Notes under the pieces: generated by a model | The model's input: the letters and a program-made list of their open reading frames with translations, nothing else | Databases searched by the model: none | What the model was told of the DNA's origin: nothing | Shown: in pieces, positions 8,642 to 18,624 of the stretch | How positions within the stretch are numbered: position 1 is the stretch's first letter | How the letters are laid out: each line of letters begins with the position of its first letter | Made by a program: the position numbers and the translations under genes | NCBI GenBank assembly: GCA_003144275.1 | Contig: NJBF01000016.1 | Coordinates: 1-32,000 of the forward strand | Reading direction: 5' to 3' | Length of the DNA stretch: 32,000 nucleotides | Origin: Candidatus Heimdallarchaeota archaeon B3_Heim | GTDB taxonomy: Archaea; Asgardarchaeota; Heimdallarchaeia; Hodarchaeales; Hodarchaeaceae

Positions 8642-9607
8642 ATGGCAAAAATATTAGTTATATTAGAAAACGCGAAAGGTAAAATTGTAGGGCTGACAAA
8701 AGAATGTCTAACTGTGGTCCAGAATCTAGCTAGGGAAATAGACGCGGAAGTTGAAGGAGTCATTCTAGGACATGAGATAAGTAATTTAGCTCAAGAAGCG
8801 GGAAAATTTGGAGTGAATAAAGTTTTTAAAGTTGACGATGCTCAATTTAGGGGGATAAACATCCTTTATCACACACGTACTATCGAAGCCTTGATCAAAG
8901 AAATAAATCCATCTTTAGTGATTGCAGGTGCGAGTCTGTATGGACAGGAACTAGTCCCAAGGCTAGCTGCAAGATTTGATAAAGCTATGTTTGCATCGGT
9001 GAAAAGTTTAACTCTTGAAGGAGACGAATATGATGGCATTCATCCATTATTTGAGGAGAAGCTATTTGTTTCGATGGAAGGTCCAACTGATGGGCTAACT
9101 TTTGCAACAGTCCTTGGAGGAAATAATCCTGAAGCGGAACCTGACGATCGTTTATCGGTTGAAGTGGTTGATTACTCCCCAGTGATTCAAGATTCTGATA
9201 AACGTGAATCTTTCGTTGAAGAAACTATTGCCAAAGTATCTGTTGATATCACAAAGGCTAAACTTCTAATTAGCGGTGGTCGCGGTGTTGGTAGCGCGGA
9301 AAAATTCTCTGCTATTACTGAGGCAGCAAAAGCTCTTGGTGGTGAAGTTGGTGCTAGTAGGGCTGCAGTTGATGCAGGATGGGTCGCATATGATCATGAA
9401 ATTGGTCAAACTGGAAAAACTGTTACTCCTGATTTCTACATTGCGTGTGGAATTTCTGGAGCAATCCAACATCTAGTCGGTATGAGAAATAGTAAAACTA
9501 TCATTGTAGTAAATACAGATGAAGAAGCACCAATTATCGAATTAGCACATTATGCAATTATTGGAGATCTTCACGAAATACTGCCTGAATTGATGAAACA
9601 GATCTAA
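8642..9607 (+). CDS. etfA: Electron transfer flavoprotein alpha subunit
   Basis: SGGRGVG, GASRAAVDAGW, IGQTGKTV, GISGAIQHLVGM FAD-binding signature. Confidence 0.95.
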   Translation: MAKILVILENAKGKIVGLTKECLTVVQNLAREIDAEVEGVILGHEISNLAQEAGKFGVNKVFKVDDAQFRGINILYHTRTIEALIKEINPSLVIAGASLYGQELVPRLAARFDKAMFASVKSLTLEGDEYDGIHPLFEEKLFVSMEGPTDGLTFATVLGGNNPEAEPDDRLSVEVVDYSPVIQDSDKRESFVEETIAKVSVDITKAKLLISGGRGVGSAEKFSAITEAAKALGGEVGASRAAVDAGWVAYDHEIGQTGKTVTPDFYIACGISGAIQHLVGMRNSKTIIVVNTDEEAPIIELAHYAIIGDLHEILPELMKQI

Positions 9608-9672
9608 TCTGTTTTCAATTCACATTTTTTTCTCAACTAGCAGTTACCGAGATACAAACGCGTTTTGATTAG

Positions 9673-9689
9673 AAAAAATAAAAAAAAAA
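9673..9689 (-). terminator. Oligo(U) archaeal-type terminator of the minus-strand membrane-protein gene
   Basis: A-tract on the + strand (U-tract on -) about 20 nt past the stop, in a convergent intergenic region. Confidence 0.45.
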
Positions 9690-9708
9690 GGGAGATAAAA
9701 GATTGAAA

Positions 9709-10257
9709 CTAATCTTTTGAACCGTAGATATATCCAACAATTAATGCTACCCAGCCAACAATCATCAGAACAAGCATGATGAGATTGAGGTTCTCAATAC
9801 CACCTTCAAAGGCTTCATCAAGGAGGGCTCCTAGAACTATCAGAAGATAATGTACTACTGTTGCTACTAAACCAGCAATCAGTCCAAAGAATCCTAAATT
9901 CATTGGTTCCATACCTGCTAATTTTTGAACTGGGGGAATAGCAACAAGTAGAAAACCAATCAAACCAAGTCCAATGAATACAAACATCCAAAGGCCTGCA
10001 ATGTCCCAAATGATCTGAATACTAGAGTCAACAAAATCACTAAAAGCTACGTCTACGGCTGGAACACCTGTCAGTTTCGTTGTACCTCCATCCCAGAAAA
10101 TATCTGCTGTATAATCCACATTAATCACTGGAACAGTACCAGTTTCTGTAATGAAACCGAACCCAGTCATTTTCAAAAATGGTACAATTATTGCCAACAC
10201 TCCGAAAACAACTGCTCCTATTAATCCTATAAATGCATTAGTTTTGCTTTCTGTCAT
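9709..10257 (-). CDS. Hypothetical four-TM membrane protein
   Basis: 182 aa. TM1 ~8-28, a ~50-aa loop rich in T/V/aromatic residues, then three more TM helices. Confidence 0.8.
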   Translation of the reverse strand: MTESKTNAFIGLIGAVVFGVLAIIVPFLKMTGFGFITETGTVPVINVDYTADIFWDGGTTKLTGVPAVDVAFSDFVDSSIQIIWDIAGLWMFVFIGLGLIGFLLVAIPPVQKLAGMEPMNLGFFGLIAGLVATVVHYLLIVLGALLDEAFEGGIENLNLIMLVLMIVGWVALIVGYIYGSKD

Positions 10258-10610
10258 TTTTTCTTACACCTCAAATTGTGAAGAAGACGTACTATATCGG
10301 GGTATCCTCTTTTTAAACTTTATTGTGTACTGAAATGCTTCAGGGAGCTTTTCTTCTATGAAATCTGAAAGTGATAACATTTCGTATCTCATGTTGATAT
10401 TTAGGAAAAATGAAGATATAATTCACCTGAATTGTGAAAAGCAAAAATTCAAATAACAAAAACAGAAATTATATTTACAGTTCTGAATTTTGATAAAATG
10501 AACCGTCCTTTCTTTTATAGTCTCAACCTTCCTTAAGATTTCACCATAGAAGTGAACCTCGCTAGAGGATGAGAAATAATATTACGAAAGGCAATTTGTT
10601 CTGATAGAAA

Positions 10611-12833
10611 ATGGGTGATAAGATGATTCAAGCGGTTTTAGCAATATTACAAGACTGGGTATGGGATGCACGAAGAGAAGCCTATTGGCCTAGCAGTATT
10701 GAATTGTATGGTAAACAAATTGGTTTTCTCGTGTACTTATGTGCAGCAACAGCTGTTATTATCTTACTTATTGGTCTTTATCGGAATATTCGTGTATGGT
10801 TCCAAGGTAAATATGACCAAGAAGAACAAAGCTTTCTCGCCTTTATACTTGTTTTAATCAAACGTGGCTTTAAAAATATCTTTTCCCGATCTTTTCCAAA
10901 GCGTTTGTCCTATGGTATTGGCTCAGGTATCCTGAAACGGAAAACGATGCAAAATACGAGTTTTATTGTGCATTCAATGATCATGGTTGGTTTTCTCGGT
11001 TCTGCAATTGCTACTATTTCGGTTACGATTCACGAATATCTTTTCCATGAGGAATTATTAGTCGGTCCATTGTATCTTCTTCTTAATATTGGTGCAGATA
11101 TATCTGGTGTACTCCTGTTTTGTGGAGTAATAATGGCATTAGCTCGAAGATATCGGAGAGAAAAAACATATTATGAACGAGCAGGGGTTGAAGATCTTGT
11201 TTTACTCTTACTACTCCTTTGGATAAGTATTTCTGGTTTTTTCATTGAAGCCACCAGAATCTTATACGGTTTAAACAATCTTCCAATTGATATTTATGGT
11301 ATCTCATATGTTAATATTGATTTTGAAATAACATCTTTCATAGGTTTTCCTCTTGCATTAATTCTTGGTCCTGTCCTTAGTGCCAATAATTCAATTTTTA
11401 TTGTCCATGCATTTTTCTATCTCTCACATCTAATGTGTGTTCTTACCCTTGCGATCATTTTGACCTTCAGCAAGTTCTTTCATGTTCTAGCTGGATTAGG
11501 AAATATCGTCCTTACTGATGTCAATAAAACAAAAGGCCAGGTTCAATTTAGTCCAGATGGTATCAGTAAAATTGAAGATTTTACATTCTATCAATTGTTA
11601 GAAGCTTCTGCGTGCATGAAATGCCATTTTTGTCATAATTACTGTCCAGCACAAGACTCGGGCGAACCTCTTTCTCCATTGAAAGTCATACAAGATGTAA
11701 AAAATTGGGGTAAGAGACAATATGGTCTAATGGGCTCGAATAAGAATGTAGATATTCTTGGTGAACAATCAGGTTTAACACAAGACGTTTTATGGGCATG
11801 TGTTACCTGTTATGCATGTACCAATTCCTGTCCGCATTTAATTGGGCATGTAGATATGATAGTTGGCATGAGAGCGTCATTAATTGAAGAAGGTAAAATT
11901 CCTGGAACTTTTACTACAATGTTGGATAGTGTATATAATTATGGAAATGTCTGGAATCAACCAAAACGTGAGCGGATAAATTGGTTAAAGGAGGGGAAGC
12001 TTCCAAAAATCAAGAAATCCGATTCAAAACTTCTCTGGCTTCCTGGAGATACACTTGCATACGATCCTCGCAATCAGAAGGTCGCCCGTGCAACCTATGA
12101 TATCTTCACCAAAACAGGACTTGATTATGGAACATTCGGAGATGCGGAAAAGAATGACGGTAACGAAATGCGACGTTTGGGTGAGGAGGCGTTATTCCAG
12201 CATCTTGCTGAAGAGAATATCAAGATGTATCAGAAACGAGACGTCAAACGAATTGTTACTTCCTCACCTCACGCGTTTAACACCATTAAAAATGAGTATC
12301 CTGAATATGGCGGTGAATTTGATGTAGTTCATATTACTACATTTTTGCTAGAAATGATCGAAAACGGGAAAATCAAATTCAATTCAGATTTAAACTATGA
12401 AGTCACTTATCATGATCCTTGTTACCTTGGGAGATACAATGATGAATATGAATCTCCACGAAAAATAATCGAAAAACTTCCAGGTGTTACATTCCGAGAA
12501 ATGCCCAACCATGGTCAATTTTCATATTGCTGTGGCGGTGGTGGTGGAAATATGTTTCGAGAAACTCCCGAGTGGGTTGAAATGCGAATTTCTGAAAAGC
12601 GAGTACTGGAAGCCAAAGACACATTAGTCAATCCACAAAATCAAGGTAATGGAAACTCGACCAAGAAAATTTTACTTACTGCATGTCCATTCTGCACTAG
12701 TATGTTAACAGACGCTCTAAAAACACAGCAATTAGAGGAAAAATTTGAAGTAATGGATATAGTGGAGTTAGTTAATGAAGCTATGGGTGCTGCACCTGCT
12801 TCTGATGAGAGTTCCACCAAACAATTCTCTTGA
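10611..12833 (+). CDS. Membrane Fe-S oxidoreductase (NarI-like cytochrome b + 2x[4Fe-4S] + CCG domains); FadF/ETF:quinone oxidoreductase (EMO)/HdrDE-fusion family
   Basis: TM histidines (IVHSM, HAFFYLSH, SKFFH); CMKCHFCHNYCP and CVTCYACTNSCP; YHDPCYLGRY, CCGGGG, ACPFC. The start may be ATG 10623 (GGTGA upstream). Confidence 0.9.
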   Translation: MGDKMIQAVLAILQDWVWDARREAYWPSSIELYGKQIGFLVYLCAATAVIILLIGLYRNIRVWFQGKYDQEEQSFLAFILVLIKRGFKNIFSRSFPKRLSYGIGSGILKRKTMQNTSFIVHSMIMVGFLGSAIATISVTIHEYLFHEELLVGPLYLLLNIGADISGVLLFCGVIMALARRYRREKTYYERAGVEDLVLLLLLLWISISGFFIEATRILYGLNNLPIDIYGISYVNIDFEITSFIGFPLALILGPVLSANNSIFIVHAFFYLSHLMCVLTLAIILTFSKFFHVLAGLGNIVLTDVNKTKGQVQFSPDGISKIEDFTFYQLLEASACMKCHFCHNYCPAQDSGEPLSPLKVIQDVKNWGKRQYGLMGSNKNVDILGEQSGLTQDVLWACVTCYACTNSCPHLIGHVDMIVGMRASLIEEGKIPGTFTTMLDSVYNYGNVWNQPKRERINWLKEGKLPKIKKSDSKLLWLPGDTLAYDPRNQKVARATYDIFTKTGLDYGTFGDAEKNDGNEMRRLGEEALFQHLAEENIKMYQKRDVKRIVTSSPHAFNTIKNEYPEYGGEFDVVHITTFLLEMIENGKIKFNSDLNYEVTYHDPCYLGRYNDEYESPRKIIEKLPGVTFREMPNHGQFSYCCGGGGGNMFRETPEWVEMRISEKRVLEAKDTLVNPQNQGNGNSTKKILLTACPFCTSMLTDALKTQQLEEKFEVMDIVELVNEAMGAAPASDESSTKQFS

Positions 12834-12852
12834 GGAGAGAAACATCTCCTCA
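12831..12852 (+). terminator. Perfect 8-bp hairpin overlapping the stop codon (TGAGGAGA-GAAACA-TCTCCTCA)
   Basis: Read directly; a terminator or RNA-stability role is inferred. Confidence 0.4.
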
Positions 12853-12960
12853 TATCGCCAATTTTTCGATCGTAGTAGGCCTCGATGAGAGGAAGAAAGG
12901 CAAGATTCAAAAACTGGCTTACTAAATTTTCTAAATTAATTTCTGTACAGGGTGTTATAG

Positions 12961-13914
12961 ATGAAAGACTTCTTTCTTGTTGTTAATCCAACTGCAGCTG
13001 GTAATCGGGTAGAAAAGATTTGGACTGATCAGATAAAACCCAAAATTGACTCAAAATTAGATTATGATTTTGAATTTACCTCTCGTATAGGACACGCGCT
13101 TGAGCTATCGCAGCAAAAAGCAAATGAAGGATATAAAGTAATTTGTTCAGTAGGTGGGGATGGCACAGCCAATGAAGTTATCAATGGTGTCCTGAAAGCA
13201 GAGAAAAAGAGTACGTTTAGTGCCTTTACTGTAGGAACAGGGAATGATATTCCAACTGTATTTGGAATTCCTGAGGGTGATATAGATGCCATCATTGAAA
13301 GTCTTATAAATGGACAGGATAAGAAATTTGACGTTGGTTATTGCATTAATGCAGATCGATATTTTGGGGGGGTTGCATCAATGGGTTTTGATGCTGAAGT
13401 AGCTGATAGAGCTAATAAAGGCGTCAAAAAATGGAGAGGGAAAGGCAATTATCAACGAGCAATTTTCACAACCATTCTGAAGTTTAAACCGTATGATATA
13501 GTAATTGAACCGAATACTGGGCCACTAGTAACAGGGCCACGAATGCTTGTAGCTATAGCTAATGGAAAGCGGTATGGCGCTGGAATGCACATATGTCCAG
13601 ATGCAGATCCGAATGATAATTTATTTCATGGAACCACTCTTCGGAAAATTAGTCGATTCTCGCTTTTACGTCTTTTTCCCCGAACTTATGATGGTAGCCA
13701 TCTGACACATCCAGCTATTGAGACATTTGAAGGTAATATAATCAAAGTGGACTCGCCTAAGAGAAAATGTTTGTATCAGGTGGACGGAGATATCCTAGGG
13801 TACCTACCTGAAACTTTTATCACAAAACCAAATTTCTTGACGGTTCGGGTACCTGATCCGTGGATCTCCTATGCTGATATTTGGGAAGAAACACTAGCTG
13901 AAAAGAAAAAATAA
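12961..13914 (+). CDS. Diacylglycerol/lipid kinase family protein (YegS/DgkB-like)
   Basis: VVNPTAAG, VGGDGTANEVING, GTGND, ANGKRYGAG, QVDGD. Confidence 0.92.
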   Translation: MKDFFLVVNPTAAGNRVEKIWTDQIKPKIDSKLDYDFEFTSRIGHALELSQQKANEGYKVICSVGGDGTANEVINGVLKAEKKSTFSAFTVGTGNDIPTVFGIPEGDIDAIIESLINGQDKKFDVGYCINADRYFGGVASMGFDAEVADRANKGVKKWRGKGNYQRAIFTTILKFKPYDIVIEPNTGPLVTGPRMLVAIANGKRYGAGMHICPDADPNDNLFHGTTLRKISRFSLLRLFPRTYDGSHLTHPAIETFEGNIIKVDSPKRKCLYQVDGDILGYLPETFITKPNFLTVRVPDPWISYADIWEETLAEKKK

Positions 13915-13990
13915 TTGTTATAATTTAGAACACAACTACATGACACAAGTATAAATTAAAATATTAGTAGAATTGAGGAGTAAATTTCAA

Positions 13991-15262
13991 TTGAAAGTTA
14001 AAAAATTACATGCACGAGAAATATTTGATTCTCGCGGTAATCCTACAGTAGAAGTGGAATGTCATTTAGAACAAGGTGTTGTTACCAGAGGTATGGTGCC
14101 ATCTGGTGCGAGTACCGGTATTCATGAAGCGCTAGAGCTGAGGGATGGAGGAACACGACTGATGGGTAAATCTGTGTCCAAAGCTGTTAATAATGTTAAT
14201 CAATTAGCTTCACAATTAGTCGGTAGGAACCCAGAGAACCAAACAGAGATTGATCAATTCTTATTAGAACTAGATGGGACTGATAATAAATCTAAACTTG
14301 GGGCAAACGCGATACTGGGTGTCTCTATGGCTATATGTAAAGCTGGGGCGGTTAGTAAAAATGTCCCCTTGTTTCAACATTTAGGTGATTTACATGGCAA
14401 TTCAGATTTTTATCTTCCTGTACCCAGTTTAAATGTTATTAATGGCGGGGAACATGGTGGTAATGATATCGCTTTTCAGGAATATATGTTAATGCCTATT
14501 GAGGCACAGAGTTTTAAAGAAGGATTATCTATTGGGGTTGAAGTTTATCATAAGCTAAAATCAATCATTAAAAAGAAATATGGAGTAAATGCCATAAATG
14601 TAGGAGATGAAGGTGGTTTTGCTCCTCCTTTGAATAAAGTTGAGGAGCCACTAAAGCTATTAATAGCAGCAATTGATGAGGCCGGACATACGGGTAAGTT
14701 CCAAATTGCTCTTGATCCTGCAGCGTCTGAATTTTATTCTAACGGAAAATATTTAGTAGATGGAGAATCTTTGGAAGCAGATGAGTTCATAAATGTTTAT
14801 GAAGGCTTTATAGAGAAGTACCCAATAATTTCGATTGAAGATGCATTCGATCAGGATGATTGGGAAACATTTCAGAAATTCACTCACAGAAATGGAGATA
14901 AACTCCAGATAGTTGGGGATGATTTACTAGTTACGAATGTGAATCGTATTCAGATGGCTATTGATAAAAAAGCGTGTAATGCCCTTTTACTAAAAGTTAA
15001 TCAGATTGGTTCAATAACCGAAAGCATACAAGCAGCTAAACTTTCACAAGACAACGGTTGGGGAATCATGGTGAGTCATCGAAGCGGTGAAACCGAGGAT
15101 TCTTTCATCGCTGACCTTGTTGTTGGATTAAAAACTGGTCAAATTAAAACTGGAGCCCCTTGTCGATCAGAACGTTTGGCCAAATACAATCAATTAATAC
15201 GGATTGAAGAAATGTTAGGTGATAAGGCTAAATACGCAGGTAAGAATTTTCGTTCTCTCTAG
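13991..15262 (+). CDS. eno: Enolase
   Basis: [56 protein letters not shown] 13991 follows a GAGGAG RBS. Confidence 0.98.
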   Translation: MKVKKLHAREIFDSRGNPTVEVECHLEQGVVTRGMVPSGASTGIHEALELRDGGTRLMGKSVSKAVNNVNQLASQLVGRNPENQTEIDQFLLELDGTDNKSKLGANAILGVSMAICKAGAVSKNVPLFQHLGDLHGNSDFYLPVPSLNVINGGEHGGNDIAFQEYMLMPIEAQSFKEGLSIGVEVYHKLKSIIKKKYGVNAINVGDEGGFAPPLNKVEEPLKLLIAAIDEAGHTGKFQIALDPAASEFYSNGKYLVDGESLEADEFINVYEGFIEKYPIISIEDAFDQDDWETFQKFTHRNGDKLQIVGDDLLVTNVNRIQMAIDKKACNALLLKVNQIGSITESIQAAKLSQDNGWGIMVSHRSGETEDSFIADLVVGLKTGQIKTGAPCRSERLAKYNQLIRIEEMLGDKAKYAGKNFRSL

Positions 15263-15387
15263 GGGTAGAGAAACTATTTTCTTTCTCTCCTCATTTTTTT
15301 AATTATAGAATATCCCATTTTTTTTGTATAGGATAATCTGATTTTAGTAAAACCAAATTTTTGTTTGGATATCTTATTCGTTCACCT

Positions 15388-15840
15388 ATGCCTCATTTTG
15401 GATTAATGGATTCAGAAGAGATGAAACCAGATGAAGCCTCCCTTTTAAGGGCTAGGCTACATATACGAGGAGGTAAACGTCGATTATCACAAGGAAAATA
15501 TGCAGCTGGAGTTGCTGCTCTACACGATGCCCTCATTCATGGTATGCAATGGTTTCTTCTCTCTACACATCCAGAGTTAGTTTACACTGATGCTGATTGT
15601 GATATAACTGATGACGAAACTCTGCTCCAGCTTATACAAAAAACTCCAATTTTCGCTGATCCCATCTATAAAGAAGATTTCGAATATCTCTCTGAAATCC
15701 TAAATCAGGCGTTAAATGAACGTATGAATGGTTTTGATAAGACTCGATATATGAGAACTCTTCATAACTTCATGAAACAATTAGAGGTAGAGCCTTTTTC
15801 GGATAGTGATCTTCCACCGGAGGATCCAGCAACATATTGA
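15388..15840 (+). CDS. Conserved hypothetical protein, all-helical, possibly HEPN-like fold
   Basis: MPHFGLMD...RARLHIRGGKRRL...ALHDAL...LPPEDPATY; clean ORF. The HEPN-like call is inferred from the helix pattern only. Confidence 0.7.
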   Translation: MPHFGLMDSEEMKPDEASLLRARLHIRGGKRRLSQGKYAAGVAALHDALIHGMQWFLLSTHPELVYTDADCDITDDETLLQLIQKTPIFADPIYKEDFEYLSEILNQALNERMNGFDKTRYMRTLHNFMKQLEVEPFSDSDLPPEDPATY

Positions 15841-16067
15841 GAAAAAAAATTTTTCCTTTGGAGTAGATTAGGGATGCACTGCTATAAATTTCCTAGTACA
15901 GGTGAAAATTCGAAATTATCCTCAAATTGTCTAACTTACAGTAAATGTAGTAAATTACACTTATTAATGTCCATTAGAGAGAGAGGAATTGACGAATATC
16001 AGCTGTTAAGACAAGAGAATCGTTAAAAATAACTTTCTTATTAAACAAATCGTAGACGTGAGTCACT

Positions 16068-18512
16068 ATGTCGAAAAGTAGAGAAGAAAAAAATATTCTG
16101 TGGTTTGATGAACTCAGAATAGAAGATGTGCCCTTGGTCGGCGGAAAGAACGCTTCACTGGGCGAAATGTATCATCATCTAACCAGCAAAGGAGTGAAGA
16201 TTCCTAATGGTTTTGCAGTTACCGCAAGCGCTTATAGACACCTCCTCCGAGATGCCGGGATCGAGGATGCAATCAAAGACGCTTTAGCTGGGTTGGACAC
16301 TCATGATATCAGAAACCTCCAAAAAAGAGGAAGGAAAGTCCGTGAAATTATTCGTTATGCTAAATTACCTGCTGATCTCGAACAAGAAATCCGCAAAGCA
16401 TATCAAGAATTATCTGAAAAATCAGGTCAAGTGGATGTGGACGTTGCGGTACGATCCAGTGCTACAGCAGAGGATCTTCCTGATGCTTCGTTCGCAGGTC
16501 AACAAGAAACTTATTTAAATATCCGAGGTGAAGAATCTCTCTTAGATGCCTGTCGTTCATGCTTTGCCAGTTTATTTACTGATCGTGCAATCTCTTATCG
16601 TCAGGACAAAGGATTTGGTCATTTTGATGTTTACTTATCCATCGCAGTTCAATTAATGATTCGCTCAGATTCAGCTTCTTCTGGAGTTATATTTTCTATT
16701 GATACCGAGTCAGGTTTTGAAAGAGCGGTCTTTATTACCGGAGCTTACGGTCTTGGTGAAACCGTTGTCCAAGGTTCTGTGAATCCAGATGAATGGTATG
16801 TATTCAAACCAACTTTGAAACTTGGAAAGCGACCTATTGTTGGTAAACGATTGGGATCAAAAGAAATTATGATGGTTTACACTTCTGATAGTCGACGACC
16901 AGTTAAAATTGTTGATACACCAGATTCAATGCGAAAAACTTTCTGTGCTACGGATGACGAAGTTCTGAAGTTAGCTGAATGGACTGTAATTATTGAAGAT
17001 CATTACGGAAAGCATATGGATATTGAGTGGGCTAAAAACGGTGATGGTGACTATGAGGGTGATGGTGAGCTTTATATTGTACAAGCAAGACCTGAAACAG
17101 TTCATTCTCAAAAAGCTGCCAATATCATCGAGACTTATGTGCTCAAAGAAAGAAGCAAAGAACTAGTTCATGGTCAAGCCGTTGGTGCGAAGATCGGTCA
17201 AGGTGAAGTTAACGTCATTAAAACATCTGCTCGTATTCATGAGTTCAAGAAAGGACAAGTTCTTGTTACAGATATGACAGACCCCGATTGGGAACCAATC
17301 ATGAAGATTGCATCTGCAATTATAACAAACCGTGGTGGACGTACTTGTCACGCTGCTATTGTCTCACGTGAACTTGGTATTCCAGCAATTATTGGTACAG
17401 AAAACGCAACAAAAATTTTGAAAGATGGAATGAAAGTCACAGCTTCATGTGCAGAAGGACAAGATGGTATTGTTTTCGATGGTATTCTACCTTTTGAAAT
17501 CGATACAGTAGAACTTGATAATATACCTGAAACACGTACAAAAATTATGATGAACGTTGGTATACCAGAGAAAGCTTTTGACCAAGCACTAATTCCAAAT
17601 GACGGAGTTGGATTAGCCCGAGAAGAATTTATCATCAATTCATATATTGGTATTCATCCGCTTGCTTTACTTAACTACAAAGAACTCAAGGAAAAGGCTG
17701 AATCTGATCCTGAAATTCGTGAAATAGTCGCAAAAATTGATGCAAAAACTAATGCTTATCCAGATAAAGAAGAATTCTTTATTGAGCAGTTAGCAATGGG
17801 AATCGGCCGAATCGCAGCAGCATTCTATCCAAATGATGTCGTAGTCAGGATGTCGGACTTTAAAACAAACGAATACATCAACTTGGTTGGTGGAATTTTG
17901 TATGAACCAACAGAATCTAATCCAATGATTGGTTGGCGAGGTGCTTCTCGTTATTATGATGAGACCTATGCTCCTGCATATATCATGGAATGTAAAGCAA
18001 TTAAACGAGTCCGTGATGAAATGGGCTTAACCAATGTAATAACAATGATTCCCTTCTGTCGTACTGTTGAAGAGGGAAAGAAAGTTATCGAAACAATGGC
18101 AAAGGCTGGATTGAAACAAGGTGAGAATGGACTAGAAGTCTATGTAATGGCTGAAGTTCCTTCAAACGTCATTCAAGCTGATGGTTTTGCTGAGGTCTTC
18201 GACGGATTTTCGATTGGAAGTAACGACTTGACTCAATTAGCCCTTGGTCTTGATCGTGATTCTGAGTTAGTTGCCCATATCTATGATGAACGAAATGAAT
18301 CCGTAAAGAGATTAGTAAAATCGGTTATTGATGTTGCAAAAGCCCATAATCGAAAAATTGGTATTTGTGGACAAGCTCCTAGCGATTTTCCTGAATTTGC
18401 TACTTTCTTAGTCGAATGTGGAATTGACTCGATGAGTTTAAACCCTGATACTGTGGTAAAAACTAAACTCGATATTGCGAAAAAAGAGCAAGAATTAGGA
18501 ATTAAACCATAA
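16068..18512 (+). CDS. ppsA: Phosphoenolpyruvate synthase (pyruvate,water dikinase)
   Basis: GGKNASLGEM, AVRSSATAEDLP, SFAGQQETYLN, GGRTCHAAIVSRELG (phospho-His), SIGSNDLTQL, GICGQAPS. Confidence 0.98.
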   Translation: MSKSREEKNILWFDELRIEDVPLVGGKNASLGEMYHHLTSKGVKIPNGFAVTASAYRHLLRDAGIEDAIKDALAGLDTHDIRNLQKRGRKVREIIRYAKLPADLEQEIRKAYQELSEKSGQVDVDVAVRSSATAEDLPDASFAGQQETYLNIRGEESLLDACRSCFASLFTDRAISYRQDKGFGHFDVYLSIAVQLMIRSDSASSGVIFSIDTESGFERAVFITGAYGLGETVVQGSVNPDEWYVFKPTLKLGKRPIVGKRLGSKEIMMVYTSDSRRPVKIVDTPDSMRKTFCATDDEVLKLAEWTVIIEDHYGKHMDIEWAKNGDGDYEGDGELYIVQARPETVHSQKAANIIETYVLKERSKELVHGQAVGAKIGQGEVNVIKTSARIHEFKKGQVLVTDMTDPDWEPIMKIASAIITNRGGRTCHAAIVSRELGIPAIIGTENATKILKDGMKVTASCAEGQDGIVFDGILPFEIDTVELDNIPETRTKIMMNVGIPEKAFDQALIPNDGVGLAREEFIINSYIGIHPLALLNYKELKEKAESDPEIREIVAKIDAKTNAYPDKEEFFIEQLAMGIGRIAAAFYPNDVVVRMSDFKTNEYINLVGGILYEPTESNPMIGWRGASRYYDETYAPAYIMECKAIKRVRDEMGLTNVITMIPFCRTVEEGKKVIETMAKAGLKQGENGLEVYVMAEVPSNVIQADGFAEVFDGFSIGSNDLTQLALGLDRDSELVAHIYDERNESVKRLVKSVIDVAKAHNRKIGICGQAPSDFPEFATFLVECGIDSMSLNPDTVVKTKLDIAKKEQELGIKP

Positions 18513-18624
18513 TTCCCCCTTTTTTCATTTTTTCTATTTTCGCTCATTAGAGTTATATTTGGGAGCCAAAACGCTTCTTTTTTACAAATTTTTACCTTAT
18601 CTATTGTATAATAAACATTTGAAA

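Noticed and set aside
12831-12880. TGA followed by a GAAA-containing hairpin as a selenocysteine/SECIS signal
   Set aside because: The TGA is at the natural C-terminus, after the last CCG motif, and not at a conserved Cys position. Read-through meets TAG after 13 codons, and the stem includes the TGA itself.
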